Source: Candidatus Heimdallarchaeota archaeon (lineage in GTDB: Archaea; Asgardarchaeota; Wukongarchaeia; Wukongarchaeales; JBHIFL01). Taken from it: 27,181 bases of DNA. This document shows positions 1 to 8,405 of this stretch, one piece after another. The translations under genes were made by a program, and so were the position numbers. Every line of letters begins with the position of its first letter. Within the stretch, counting starts at the first letter, position 1. The notes below the pieces were generated by a model that was not told the origin of the DNA, did not search any database, and worked only from the letters and a program-made list of their open reading frames with translations. The stretch is from assembly GCA_046761065.1 (NCBI GenBank), contig JBHIFL010000055.1:1-27181 (forward strand), read 5' to 3'.

Positions 1-160
1 CCTCTCTCCCCTGTTGCCATAGTTGCTCTTCCTCCCGTTCGATAATGGTCAGATAGCGTTTGATAATGGTGGTATCCCTGGCCGTTAGGCGTTCTAGTTG
101 GTGAGCTTTCTTGTGGGTTAGCTGATCATCCATAACGGGAATTTTGACAGTCAGGTGCAT
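1..160 (-). mobile_element. N-terminus of a probable IS200/IS605 TnpB/Cas12f-like protein (partial, runs off the window)
   Basis: Not in the ORF track. ATG at 160 follows GAGGA and an upstream in-frame TGA. It reads MHLTVKIPVMDDQLTHKKAHQLERLTARDTTIIKRYLTIIEREEEQLWQQGRE with no stop to the edge. The 'TVKIP...LT..K...L.RLT.R' pattern resembles archaeal TnpB-like N-termini (recognised from memory). RuvC and Zn-ribbon domains are not visible. Confidence 0.5.
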
Positions 161-448
161 GACGACTAATCTTCCTCAGGATCTGGGCCCCAGCTAGCTC
201 CTTAGCCAACGATCTCTTCCTAACAGTTATCTTTGATACAGTCAAGCTTCTCACAGGTTTTAAAGATTTCTCAGACCCCGTCCGGTAAGTCAAAGTGGGA
301 GGACCATGTTCCCCAGTGTCCTCCGTCGTCTGATTCCTTGTGTTTCGCCTCTTCCTCTGATGAGTTGGTTTTTCCCTCTTCCATCAGCTTGTTAATGCTA
401 TTTTACCACTCTTTTCCCGTCTCTTCCTCGTTCGCTGGGGTCTTCCCT

Positions 449-895
449 TCAAACTTTCCTAATTTTTTCAGTTTTTTCTAGATTTTTGTTCAACCATTGA
501 TCACACCAAGGCTCAAAGGACTCATTGAAGGCTTCCATCTCTTCCAGGGAAAAGTAAGCGGCACAATCTGTTTCAATTCCCCCATCAGAGGTGGGTACTC
601 CACTGACATGATGACATAAGAATACAAGACCCAGCCACCCTTCTCTACGTAAATTCTGAAAACTAAGTAGACCTTCTATCTCTGCTGCAATGCCACCTTC
701 TTCTTGGGTTTCACGCAATGCTGTGGTCTCTGGTGACTCATTGGGGTCTACTATACCCCATGGAATACTCCACTGTCCTTCAAGAGAATGTCCTTTAACC
801 TGGCGTACAAACAGAGCCCGGTTCTCTTGACACACTATCGTGCCTACGCATACAATCATTTTGGGGGGCCAAGCTGATGATTTTTGATTAACCAT
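449..895 (-). CDS. Nudix hydrolase (C-terminus possibly truncated or replaced)
   Basis: Canonical Nudix box GIVDPNESPETTALRETQEEGG preceded by GQWSIPW. The tail after EPWC is encoded by A-rich low-complexity DNA. Confidence 0.85.
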   Translation of the reverse strand: MVNQKSSAWPPKMIVCVGTIVCQENRALFVRQVKGHSLEGQWSIPWGIVDPNESPETTALRETQEEGGIAAEIEGLLSFQNLRREGWLGLVFLCHHVSGVPTSDGGIETDCAAYFSLEEMEAFNESFEPWCDQWLNKNLEKTEKIRKV

Positions 896-923
896 GAGTT
901 TCCCTCTTTGCTGGATGAATAAA

Positions 924-938
924 CCAGTACATTACTGG
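924..938. promoter_or_regulatory. Inverted repeat CCAGTA-CAT-TACTGG upstream of the Nudix gene
   Basis: Perfect 6-bp arms about 30 nt upstream of the Nudix ATG, in the divergent intergenic region. Confidence 0.25.
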
Positions 939-1220
939 AACAGCTTTGTTGTTTATCTTTATTAAAAAATCATCCTGATCACGTTATATATTAGTCTCTA
1001 AATTCCTGTTAAATGACAAAACGAAATAGAACAATGTCAAAGTATTAATGATTGGATTATTCCACGAATTCATTTACAAATGGGATGTACTAAGAATCAA
1101 TATTGCGTTGAAATGCCATGTGCTCTTTTTAAGTTAATGACACTGTAGATAAAACCGTCTTCAAGTGTTCTTTGATGAATTGGTGTTTCAAGTTAGTGTA
1201 CAAAAAAGGAGCAGCCTCCT

Positions 1221-2438
1221 ATGACGGATGTACCTACATCTCCAGAACAAAATAATAGCAATGGTACAAGTTCCCTTGGCCGGAAGAGAAATCTACCAAT
1301 ATTAGTCGTTAGTGCATCTCTAATAGGCGCGGCGGGAACGATCCTATACGCCCTAATGCAACCTCTTGTGTTGCGTTTAGGCGGTTCGATGGCAATCGTG
1401 GGCGTTGTGACATCGATTTCAAGTTTGTCAACGATGTTACCCATGTTTGTCTTTGGGGAATACTCGGATACTGTCGGACGCCGGCGTCCTATGATTGTTG
1501 CTAGTCTGCTCCTGCTTGTGGCTGGCCTCCTTTTCTGGACAGCTACCTATTGGCTGATCCTGATTCCTGCTGTACTCATGGTTGGGTTCGTTTTTGCCCT
1601 TAACTACCCAGCCAGCTCTGCTGCAACAATGGAATCCGTTCCCAGAAGCCGACGCGGGAGGGCTTTTGCGTATCGGTCTGCAGGCCAGCTTCTGGCGGGG
1701 GTGGTTGTCACACTTCTTGGCATTGTTACAGTGCGACGTGGTGACCTCCAGAGTGCCTTTTTTCTCAGTATAGTCTTTGTACTGATCAATCTTGGTTTCA
1801 TCTACTTTGTATTAAGTGAAACACTTATCTCTCCCCGTCAAGCATCCCCGGTCCGTTTATTCCAAAAACTTCGCCATAATTTAAAAATTCACCCCAAACT
1901 CAAAGCTCTGTATATTTATATAGCGATATTAGACCCCCTTGCCTTTGATACAGGGTGGGTCCTCATGCCTGCTCTCCTCACCAACTTTCAAGGTGTTAGA
2001 CCAGATCAAATCCTCCTCTACACAATGATTCAGAGCTTAATTGCAGGCCTTCTCCAACTCATTAGTGTGGCTGGCCGTCTGGCTGATAGGAGCCGAAAAT
2101 GGGGCATGGTATTAGCTGATTCCATTGCAGTCCCATCCATCCTCGCTGTTGCGCTCTTTCCCAGTGAAAGTATCTTTTTAGTAAGTTATATGATGTTAGG
2201 ATTTGCCAATGGATTTTTTGGACCAGCTATAACAGCATATGTGGTCGATCATGTCCCCCAGGAGCGAGTTGCTGCCGAATTGGGGAAATTTTGGAGCAGT
2301 CGGGGGCTAGCCGGCATGTTCCCGCCTATCTTGGGAAGCTTTTTGGCTGCGACTTACGGTTTTAGTGCACCCCTCTTCGTGAACGTGGCTGTTGGTGTAT
2401 TTAGTGTCGCATTTTTAGTATGGAAACTCCAGGGATGA
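1221..2438 (+). CDS. MFS transporter
   Basis: 405 aa, about 12 hydrophobic segments, MFS motif A (GEYSDTVGRRRP; AGRLADRSRK), ESVPRSRRGRAFA loop, upstream AAGGAG. Confidence 0.9.
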   Translation: MTDVPTSPEQNNSNGTSSLGRKRNLPILVVSASLIGAAGTILYALMQPLVLRLGGSMAIVGVVTSISSLSTMLPMFVFGEYSDTVGRRRPMIVASLLLLVAGLLFWTATYWLILIPAVLMVGFVFALNYPASSAATMESVPRSRRGRAFAYRSAGQLLAGVVVTLLGIVTVRRGDLQSAFFLSIVFVLINLGFIYFVLSETLISPRQASPVRLFQKLRHNLKIHPKLKALYIYIAILDPLAFDTGWVLMPALLTNFQGVRPDQILLYTMIQSLIAGLLQLISVAGRLADRSRKWGMVLADSIAVPSILAVALFPSESIFLVSYMMLGFANGFFGPAITAYVVDHVPQERVAAELGKFWSSRGLAGMFPPILGSFLAATYGFSAPLFVNVAVGVFSVAFLVWKLQG

Positions 2439-2534
2439 AGCAATCAAACATTTTCTCGTGTCAACAATGCTTTGAGCCCATAAAGGGGTGATTTAAAAAT
2501 AATTCTAATTAGTTGTTGATCTTGTTTTCGTGTT

Positions 2535-2957
2535 CTATTCTCCACGGGCACCTTTTAAATCCATCGCATGTTCTTGTTCGACCGTAAGGATCTGTCTTAG
2601 GGCTTGCGCAAGCGCGAACTCCTTCGACTCTTCCGCTTGCTCAATCCGTGTCTTGTAGCGGTTGATCGCATCAAGTTCACCATCGAGGTCTTGTCTTAGC
2701 ATTTCTTCATTATTCTCGGAAGTTGCAGGTGATGGCATCGCAACAGTCGGAAATCCTCCAAAATAATCGATAAATTCCGCGAGCGTGAGGGCGTGCTGCA
2801 TCTCCTCCGAAGCGTGGATTTTGAGCTCTTTTATGATATCTCCATACATTGCACCGGTTATCACTCCGCTATGTTGGATGTATTGAACCATTGCGGTATA
2901 TTCAAGGCCCAAATCCTTGTTTAATAAGTCAATTAGTTGTTTCATTTCAATGGGCAT
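2535..2957 (-). CDS. Ferritin-like / bacterioferritin-like di-iron protein
   Basis: Ferroxidase-type pattern LEYTAMVQY..H, EEMQHA, DGELDAINRY, EQEH. GAGGTG RBS favours the ATG at 2957 over the track start at 2966. Confidence 0.85.
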   Translation of the reverse strand: MPIEMKQLIDLLNKDLGLEYTAMVQYIQHSGVITGAMYGDIIKELKIHASEEMQHALTLAEFIDYFGGFPTVAMPSPATSENNEEMLRQDLDGELDAINRYKTRIEQAEESKEFALAQALRQILTVEQEHAMDLKGARGE

Positions 2958-3242
2958 AGATTTCACCTCAAGATATTATTTACTAACAGACTTTGAGTTT
3001 TAAAATTCTTGCACTGCATAACCAAAAATCGTATGGAAGTATAATAATGGAAAAATTATTTTTGATATAGATTTTAAAGCCTTCTAACAGGTGTCCATTG
3101 CAATTAATTAGTCTATAATAGCATAGCAAGATCATTTAAGTTAACATAGAGTCAGAATTTACTAAGATGACATGAATATACCACATACGGAAAAATGCTA
3201 AGCCATATAAACATCTAGGTTTCATTATAGGTGGAATACAAG

Positions 3243-3980
3243 ATGAAAGATTCTTCTAATGATCTGAGCCATTTGAATCAACAAATCCGATCATTAGTTC
3301 TTAAGATGGGAGTAGACAAAATTGGTGTAGCGGACCTAACCCCAGCCAAGAAGTTTATCTCTTGGCAAGGTGGACCGATCCTAGATCCTTATCTTCGAGC
3401 AATATCTATTGGCATTCGCCTTTCAGATGCTGTGGTTGACTCACTTTTTTATCGAGACACGGTAGTGGCGCTAATGACATATGAACGTCATATATACGGT
3501 ATTGTAAACAAGCAACTGAATCAAATCGCCTTGCAAGTTGTCCGTTTGCTCCAACAAGCTGGTTGGCATGCCTTTCCGATTCATGCGTCTCAGACCATTC
3601 AAAAGGCACCCCACCACTTAGGCGTCTTTTCCCACAAACTTGCAGCAAATTTGGCAGGATTGGGGTGGATTGGACGAAGTTGTCTACTGATTACCCCTGA
3701 GTTTGGTCCTCGAATTCGCTGGGCTACTGTCCTCACAGATGTGCCGCTTCCACACGGAACACCCAAAAAGAACAAGTGTGATGATGATTGCAACTTTTGT
3801 GTTACTATCTGCCCTGCCCAAGCTTTCACAGGACGTCAATTTGATCCTTCTGAACCCCGTGAAGCGCGAATGGACGCTAATGCTTGTTATCAATACCTCG
3901 AAAAACGAGAAGAACAAACAGGCGCCCGTATTTTTGGATTATGTGTTGCTGCCTGCCCTATTGGTAGAAATAAACCATAA
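3243..3980 (+). CDS. Epoxyqueuosine reductase (QueG)/reductive-dehalogenase-like 4Fe-4S protein
   Basis: FSHKLAANLAGLGWIGRSCLLITPEFGPRIRWATVLTD signature, CDDDCNFCVTICP, and C-terminal C...FGLCVAACP. ATG at 3243 follows AGGTGG. Confidence 0.8.
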   Translation: MKDSSNDLSHLNQQIRSLVLKMGVDKIGVADLTPAKKFISWQGGPILDPYLRAISIGIRLSDAVVDSLFYRDTVVALMTYERHIYGIVNKQLNQIALQVVRLLQQAGWHAFPIHASQTIQKAPHHLGVFSHKLAANLAGLGWIGRSCLLITPEFGPRIRWATVLTDVPLPHGTPKKNKCDDDCNFCVTICPAQAFTGRQFDPSEPREARMDANACYQYLEKREEQTGARIFGLCVAACPIGRNKP

Positions 3981-4097
3981 GATTTATCCACTCAAAACCA
4001 GTGAATCTTTTTTCTAAATAAAACTAGAAAACTTTGTACAGGAAGAGCTTACAAAATACCATCAGTGCGAATAAGAGCAAATCAATAACAATAGGGT

Positions 4098-4751
4098 CTA
4101 GAATTTTCCAATAAGTCTTCGAGATATTCGAACCGCTTCCTCCGCATCTGGACCATAGCCAGCTGCGCCAATCTCTTTCGCCCACTCTTCACTCACCGAA
4201 GCTCCCCCAATGATAACTTTGATTGTTTCTGCCAATCCTTCTCTCCGCAATGCCTCAATCACTTCCCCTTGCTTCAACATAGTCGATGTCATCATCGCGG
4301 AGAGGCCGAGGATGTCTGGGTTAAGTTCCTTAACTTTCTCCACAAAAGTCTGCGTAGGTACATCGAAGCCGAGGTCGATCACTTCAAAGCCGCTTGCTTG
4401 GAGCATCGTCGCTACCAGTTTCTTCCCGATGTCGTGAATATCGCCCTCGACTGTTCCCAATAGGACGCGGCCCAAATATTTGACTTCCAATCCTTGTCTT
4501 TGGACCTCCTCGATTAAGGGTTTCATTCCAAACTCCATCGCTCGGGCGGCTAACATTAAGTCGGGGAGGTAGAGTTCTCGCTTTTCAAATTGTTCACCGA
4601 TGTGGCGAATTCCTACGGCCAAGCCTTGCTCAATTGCCTCCACGGGATTGATCTCCGCTTCGAGCGCTTCTTTTGCGGCTGCCTCCGCTGCTTCTGAATC
4701 CCCCCGTTCTACAGCCATTCTTAGTTTTTCCAGAATTTCATCTTTAGCCAT
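4098..4751 (-). CDS. Methyltransferase-cognate corrinoid protein (MttC/MtbC/MtgC family)
   Basis: B12-binding motifs GTVEGDIHDIGK, LGLSAMMT and IIGGA, plus N-terminal cap domain (LYLPDLMLAA). AGGAG RBS favours ATG 4751 (MAKDEIL). Confidence 0.95.
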   Translation of the reverse strand: MAKDEILEKLRMAVERGDSEAAEAAAKEALEAEINPVEAIEQGLAVGIRHIGEQFEKRELYLPDLMLAARAMEFGMKPLIEEVQRQGLEVKYLGRVLLGTVEGDIHDIGKKLVATMLQASGFEVIDLGFDVPTQTFVEKVKELNPDILGLSAMMTSTMLKQGEVIEALRREGLAETIKVIIGGASVSEEWAKEIGAAGYGPDAEEAVRISRRLIGKF

Positions 4752-4780
4752 AATAGTTTCTCCTTTCGATTTGTTTCCCT

Positions 4781-6262
4781 TCATTCCTTCCGTTCTCTTT
4801 TTTCAATATCATGAATGATTTCTAAGACGTTCTTTTCGATGTCTTTGTCTAATGGTTCGGGTTCGTGGTCTCTTAGAAGCTGTTTGGCGTATTCTCGCGC
4901 GACTTGTCGCACACTCTTTTGGCCTTTCTTACGCCACCCTTCAAACAGTTCCCTATTAAAGACTTCAGGCAGGTAATGTTCCTTCTTGAAGTGCCTACGT
5001 GTATGTTCGGTAAACAAAAAGTTACCCATAGGTCCAACTTGATCAATTACATCAACTGCCAAGGTCTCATCAGATACTTCAATCCCATCGAGGATTCGGG
5101 CCACCATGCCTAGAGTGTCATGGTCTAATACCACTTTTTCGTACCCAACTGCTAAGACGCCGGGTTCGAGGGCTCCCGTGGTATTTAAGATGAAGTTATG
5201 GCCAGCTAGCGCGGCCATCAGAACTCCAAGTCCGGTCTCCACTCCAGCTTGGTAATCGGGGATGATCGCATCCGTTGGTCCCCCTGTTCCTCGCGAAGGA
5301 ACCCCATAGAAGCGAGCCATTTGGGCAGAGGCCACATTGAGGAGGTACGCTTCAGGACCGCCCAAGGCGAACGCTCCTGTCCGCATATCTACGATGCTAC
5401 TGACTGTGCCATAAAGAAGTGGAGGTCTTCGTTTCGATGAAGCGGCCATTTGGGCAATAACTGCGATCGATAAGAATTCAGCTCCTTGTTGAGCTAAAAC
5501 TCCTGCGAGTGTGGCAGGACCTGCTGCGCCACCCATGATTTCAATTGCAATCAAAATGGGTAACCCTTGTTTGGCATAAACAATGGTGTTTTCGGTGAGC
5601 TCTCGAGGGAGGGTTAAGGGAGGAACGCTCATTGGCCAATGCCACGCGATTGGTTTCCTTCGGAGCTCCTTAATTCCCCCCATTACCGCGGCTTGAAGTC
5701 GAATCGTATCTTCAGCTCGTCCGGTGAAGATGTCGAAGGCTAAACCGGGTTTATCCGTATTTTTTAGGCGTATTAAGAATCTGTGGGCCATGGCCAAGTC
5801 CTTTGGCATTGTCATCTGCTCGACGGTGCCCTCCACGCAGCCGTGAGGGATATGGATGTAAGGGAGCGCATCACCGAGTCGCACGAAGTTTTCAACATCC
5901 TTGAACGTTGCTTGGCGCCGCTGTCCGTCAAAATCGAATACCATTGGCGGCAACCCAGCCATAGAAAAATGAACACGGCTATTTTCAAACTTGCATTTTT
6001 TCTTGGGATTCCGTCCATATAATGTGAACCGTGGAGGGGTCTTACGGATCGCTTCTTCGCATAAATGGGGCGGAATTTTGGCTAGTTGGTTGTCATAATT
6101 AATGTCTGCACCCGCTTCGGCCAAAATCTGTAACGCATCTTCAGAAAACACCTTGACACCAGTGTGCTCTAAAATGTCAAGTGAAGCATAATGGACATCT
6201 TCAATCTGATTCTTGTCCAAAACCTTCATCCGACCCCCACGGAGGCTTTTCACCCAAGTCAC
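4781..6262 (-). CDS. MttB-superfamily (trimethylamine methyltransferase family) corrinoid methyltransferase, pyrrolysine-free, paralog 1
   Basis: About 493 aa with family motifs HYASLDILEHTGV, MGGAAGPATLAG, VDMRTG.F..G.PE, PD.QAG.E, DETLA.DVI..VGP.G.FL..EHT. No in-frame TAG. GTG at 6262 after GGAGTG matches the paralog's start (track start 6283). Confidence 0.93.
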   Translation of the reverse strand: MTWVKSLRGGRMKVLDKNQIEDVHYASLDILEHTGVKVFSEDALQILAEAGADINYDNQLAKIPPHLCEEAIRKTPPRFTLYGRNPKKKCKFENSRVHFSMAGLPPMVFDFDGQRRQATFKDVENFVRLGDALPYIHIPHGCVEGTVEQMTMPKDLAMAHRFLIRLKNTDKPGLAFDIFTGRAEDTIRLQAAVMGGIKELRRKPIAWHWPMSVPPLTLPRELTENTIVYAKQGLPILIAIEIMGGAAGPATLAGVLAQQGAEFLSIAVIAQMAASSKRRPPLLYGTVSSIVDMRTGAFALGGPEAYLLNVASAQMARFYGVPSRGTGGPTDAIIPDYQAGVETGLGVLMAALAGHNFILNTTGALEPGVLAVGYEKVVLDHDTLGMVARILDGIEVSDETLAVDVIDQVGPMGNFLFTEHTRRHFKKEHYLPEVFNRELFEGWRKKGQKSVRQVAREYAKQLLRDHEPEPLDKDIEKNVLEIIHDIEKRERKE

Positions 6263-6390
6263 AGATAAATCCACTCCGTTCACCTGAAATTAGACAATCA
6301 ATAAATACTTTTTGTGATAACATTCCCAAGTTAAAACAATGTATTGAAAGGTGAAAACTTAGTGAATGATAGTCAACGGCTTATGGTAAC

Positions 6391-6440
6391 ATCCAGTCTT
6401 GGATTTTTTCATCGAAACTATCCAAATTTGGATTTTTCAT
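6391..6440. promoter_or_regulatory. Tandem palindromic sites ATCCA-N4-TGGAT, each followed by a T-run and CAT
   Basis: ATCCAGTCTTGGAT (6391-6404) and the perfect ATCCAAATTTGGAT (6420-6433), 29 nt apart, upstream of MttB paralog 1. Confidence 0.5.
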
Positions 6441-6749
6441 TTTTAAGATCGATATGAGACGAACTTAATAATGTTAATAGAATGTATAACTGCACTAAGG
6501 CATAAAAACGTTTGATAATCCTAGCGACTTGGCACCTTTAGTTTTCATCAACCCAACTGATAATAGATGATGCGATTAAGTCATCAAACCTGTTGTGAAA
6601 AGTTTGTACTAGTAATTTATAAAGTCGAATTGTCGACTAATAATGCATCAGGGAGAACAATGGAAAGTTGGAACAAAAGATGAATTTGTAGAAGGATTCT
6701 TTCCGAATCATCGGCAACTCCAGGTTTTTTGAATTCGAACGAGATTAGT

Positions 6750-8231
6750 TCAGCTTTTTAGGTCTCTTTTTTCAATTTCAGTGATGACTTCTCGGACACG
6801 TTTCTCAATATCGGGGTCCAATGGCTCTGGTTGATGTTCCTCAAGGATCTTTTTCACGCGAGCACGAGCCACTTGGCGAACCGACAACGAACCGGCCTTC
6901 AACCATCGCTCCCATAATTCGCGATTAAAGATCTGCGGGTAATAGTGAGACCGAAAGTGCTCCCTTGTATGTTCAGAGAGCAAGAAATTGCCGCCTTTTT
7001 CATTAATCACTTCATCAATTACTTCTGTTGCTAATGTTTCCTCAGAGACCTCAATACCGCCCATAACTCTTGTGACAAGGCCCAACATATCATTATCTAT
7101 AACAATCTTCTCATAAGAGATGGCAAGAACGCCTGGCTCCATTGCTCCGGCGGCGTTATAGATATAAGTATGACCAGCAAGAGCTGAAAGTAATATAGTG
7201 ATCCCACTTTCAATCCCACTCTGGGCATCCGGAACAATCGCATCAGTTAGTCCACCCGTCCCTCGGCTAGGGATATTATAGAATCGAGCGAGCTGAGCTG
7301 TCCCGACATTGAGTAACCCAGTTTCAGCGGTACCTAGGCAAAAAACGCCGGATCTCATATCAACTACTCCCGAGACGGTGCCATACATGAGGGGAGGCCG
7401 GTATTCCTTGGGTGCTGCCATTTGAGCGATTACTGCCCCTCCGAGGAACTCAGCATTCTGCTGTGCAAGAATTCCTGCCAAAGACGCTGGACCACTTGCT
7501 CCACCCATGACTTCAGGTGCGAAGAGGATTGGGAGCCCTTTCTTTGCGTAAACTATTGCATTGTCGGTCAATTCTTTGCTATAAGTCAAAGGACTGGTCG
7601 GGTTATGCCAAAACCATGTCATCGGCTTTCTTCGTAGTTTTTGAATATCTCCATCTAAAACAGCAAGTTGAAGGCGAATCGAATCTTCAACTCCATCACG
7701 AGCAACGTCGATGGCCGGACCGGGCTTATTGGTGTTTTGGATTTGAATAAAAAATCGGCGTGCCATCGTTACGGTTTCAGGCAGCGATACTTCCTCGACA
7801 GTTCCTTGCAGACATGGAGACGGGCAGTGGATGTATTCCAAGGCGTCACCAAGACGGATGAAATTCTTAATATCCTCATGTGTCCCATGCCGACGTTGCC
7901 CATTCAGATCGAGGACAAATGGAGGGGCACCAGCCATACCAAAATAGACGCGTCCCTGTTCAAACCGATATTTGAGTTTATCTCGTCCATAAATATCAAA
8001 TTTTGAAGGGGTTTTTCGAATTGCTTCTTCTACTATATAAGGAGGAATATGAGCATGTTTTGCTTTATGGTTAACATTAGCACCCGCGGTCTCTAGGATC
8101 TTTAATCCTTGTTCAGACAAGACAGTTACGCCTGTCGTATTGAGAATTTCTAAACTTGCATAGTGAATCTCTCTGATTTCGTCTCGATTGAGAAGTTTCA
8201 ATCGGCCTCCCCGAATATCTAGCAACCCCAC
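6750..8231 (-). CDS. MttB-superfamily corrinoid methyltransferase, pyrrolysine-free, paralog 2
   Basis: 493 aa with the same motifs (HYASLEIL, NPTSPL, MGGASGPASLAG, VDMRSG, PDAQSG.E, EETLA.EVI). GTG start after GGAGGAGTGA. No in-frame TAG. Confidence 0.93.
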   Translation of the reverse strand: MGLLDIRGGRLKLLNRDEIREIHYASLEILNTTGVTVLSEQGLKILETAGANVNHKAKHAHIPPYIVEEAIRKTPSKFDIYGRDKLKYRFEQGRVYFGMAGAPPFVLDLNGQRRHGTHEDIKNFIRLGDALEYIHCPSPCLQGTVEEVSLPETVTMARRFFIQIQNTNKPGPAIDVARDGVEDSIRLQLAVLDGDIQKLRRKPMTWFWHNPTSPLTYSKELTDNAIVYAKKGLPILFAPEVMGGASGPASLAGILAQQNAEFLGGAVIAQMAAPKEYRPPLMYGTVSGVVDMRSGVFCLGTAETGLLNVGTAQLARFYNIPSRGTGGLTDAIVPDAQSGIESGITILLSALAGHTYIYNAAGAMEPGVLAISYEKIVIDNDMLGLVTRVMGGIEVSEETLATEVIDEVINEKGGNFLLSEHTREHFRSHYYPQIFNRELWERWLKAGSLSVRQVARARVKKILEEHQPEPLDPDIEKRVREVITEIEKRDLKS

Positions 8232-8405
8232 AGAAAATCACTCCTCCCTCCACCCAAAACTTGCATAGAATAAAACGCTTTTCATGTATCATTTGAATGG
8301 GTTAGCAGCTATATCAATTGTATTTTAGACCTAGAAACGAATTTTTCTCATTAAAATTAAGATTTTCGTATTCAAGGATCAAATACCCAATGAGGTGATA
8401 TAACA

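Noticed and set aside
233-481. 82-aa Ser/Phe-rich + strand ORF
   Set aside because: It reflects pyrimidine skew, has no RBS or recognisable motif, and overlaps the Nudix end.
4027-6610. Similar 14-mers GAAAACTTTGTACA (about 4027) and GAAAAGTTTGTACT (about 6597) downstream of cluster genes
   Set aside because: They are short and AT-rich with only two copies, which is compatible with chance.
4781-8231. Pyrrolysine (TAG) readthrough in the MttB genes
   Set aside because: Both ORFs are full length with no in-frame TAG, the Pyl-equivalent residues are Pro and Leu, and there are no pyl genes in the window.
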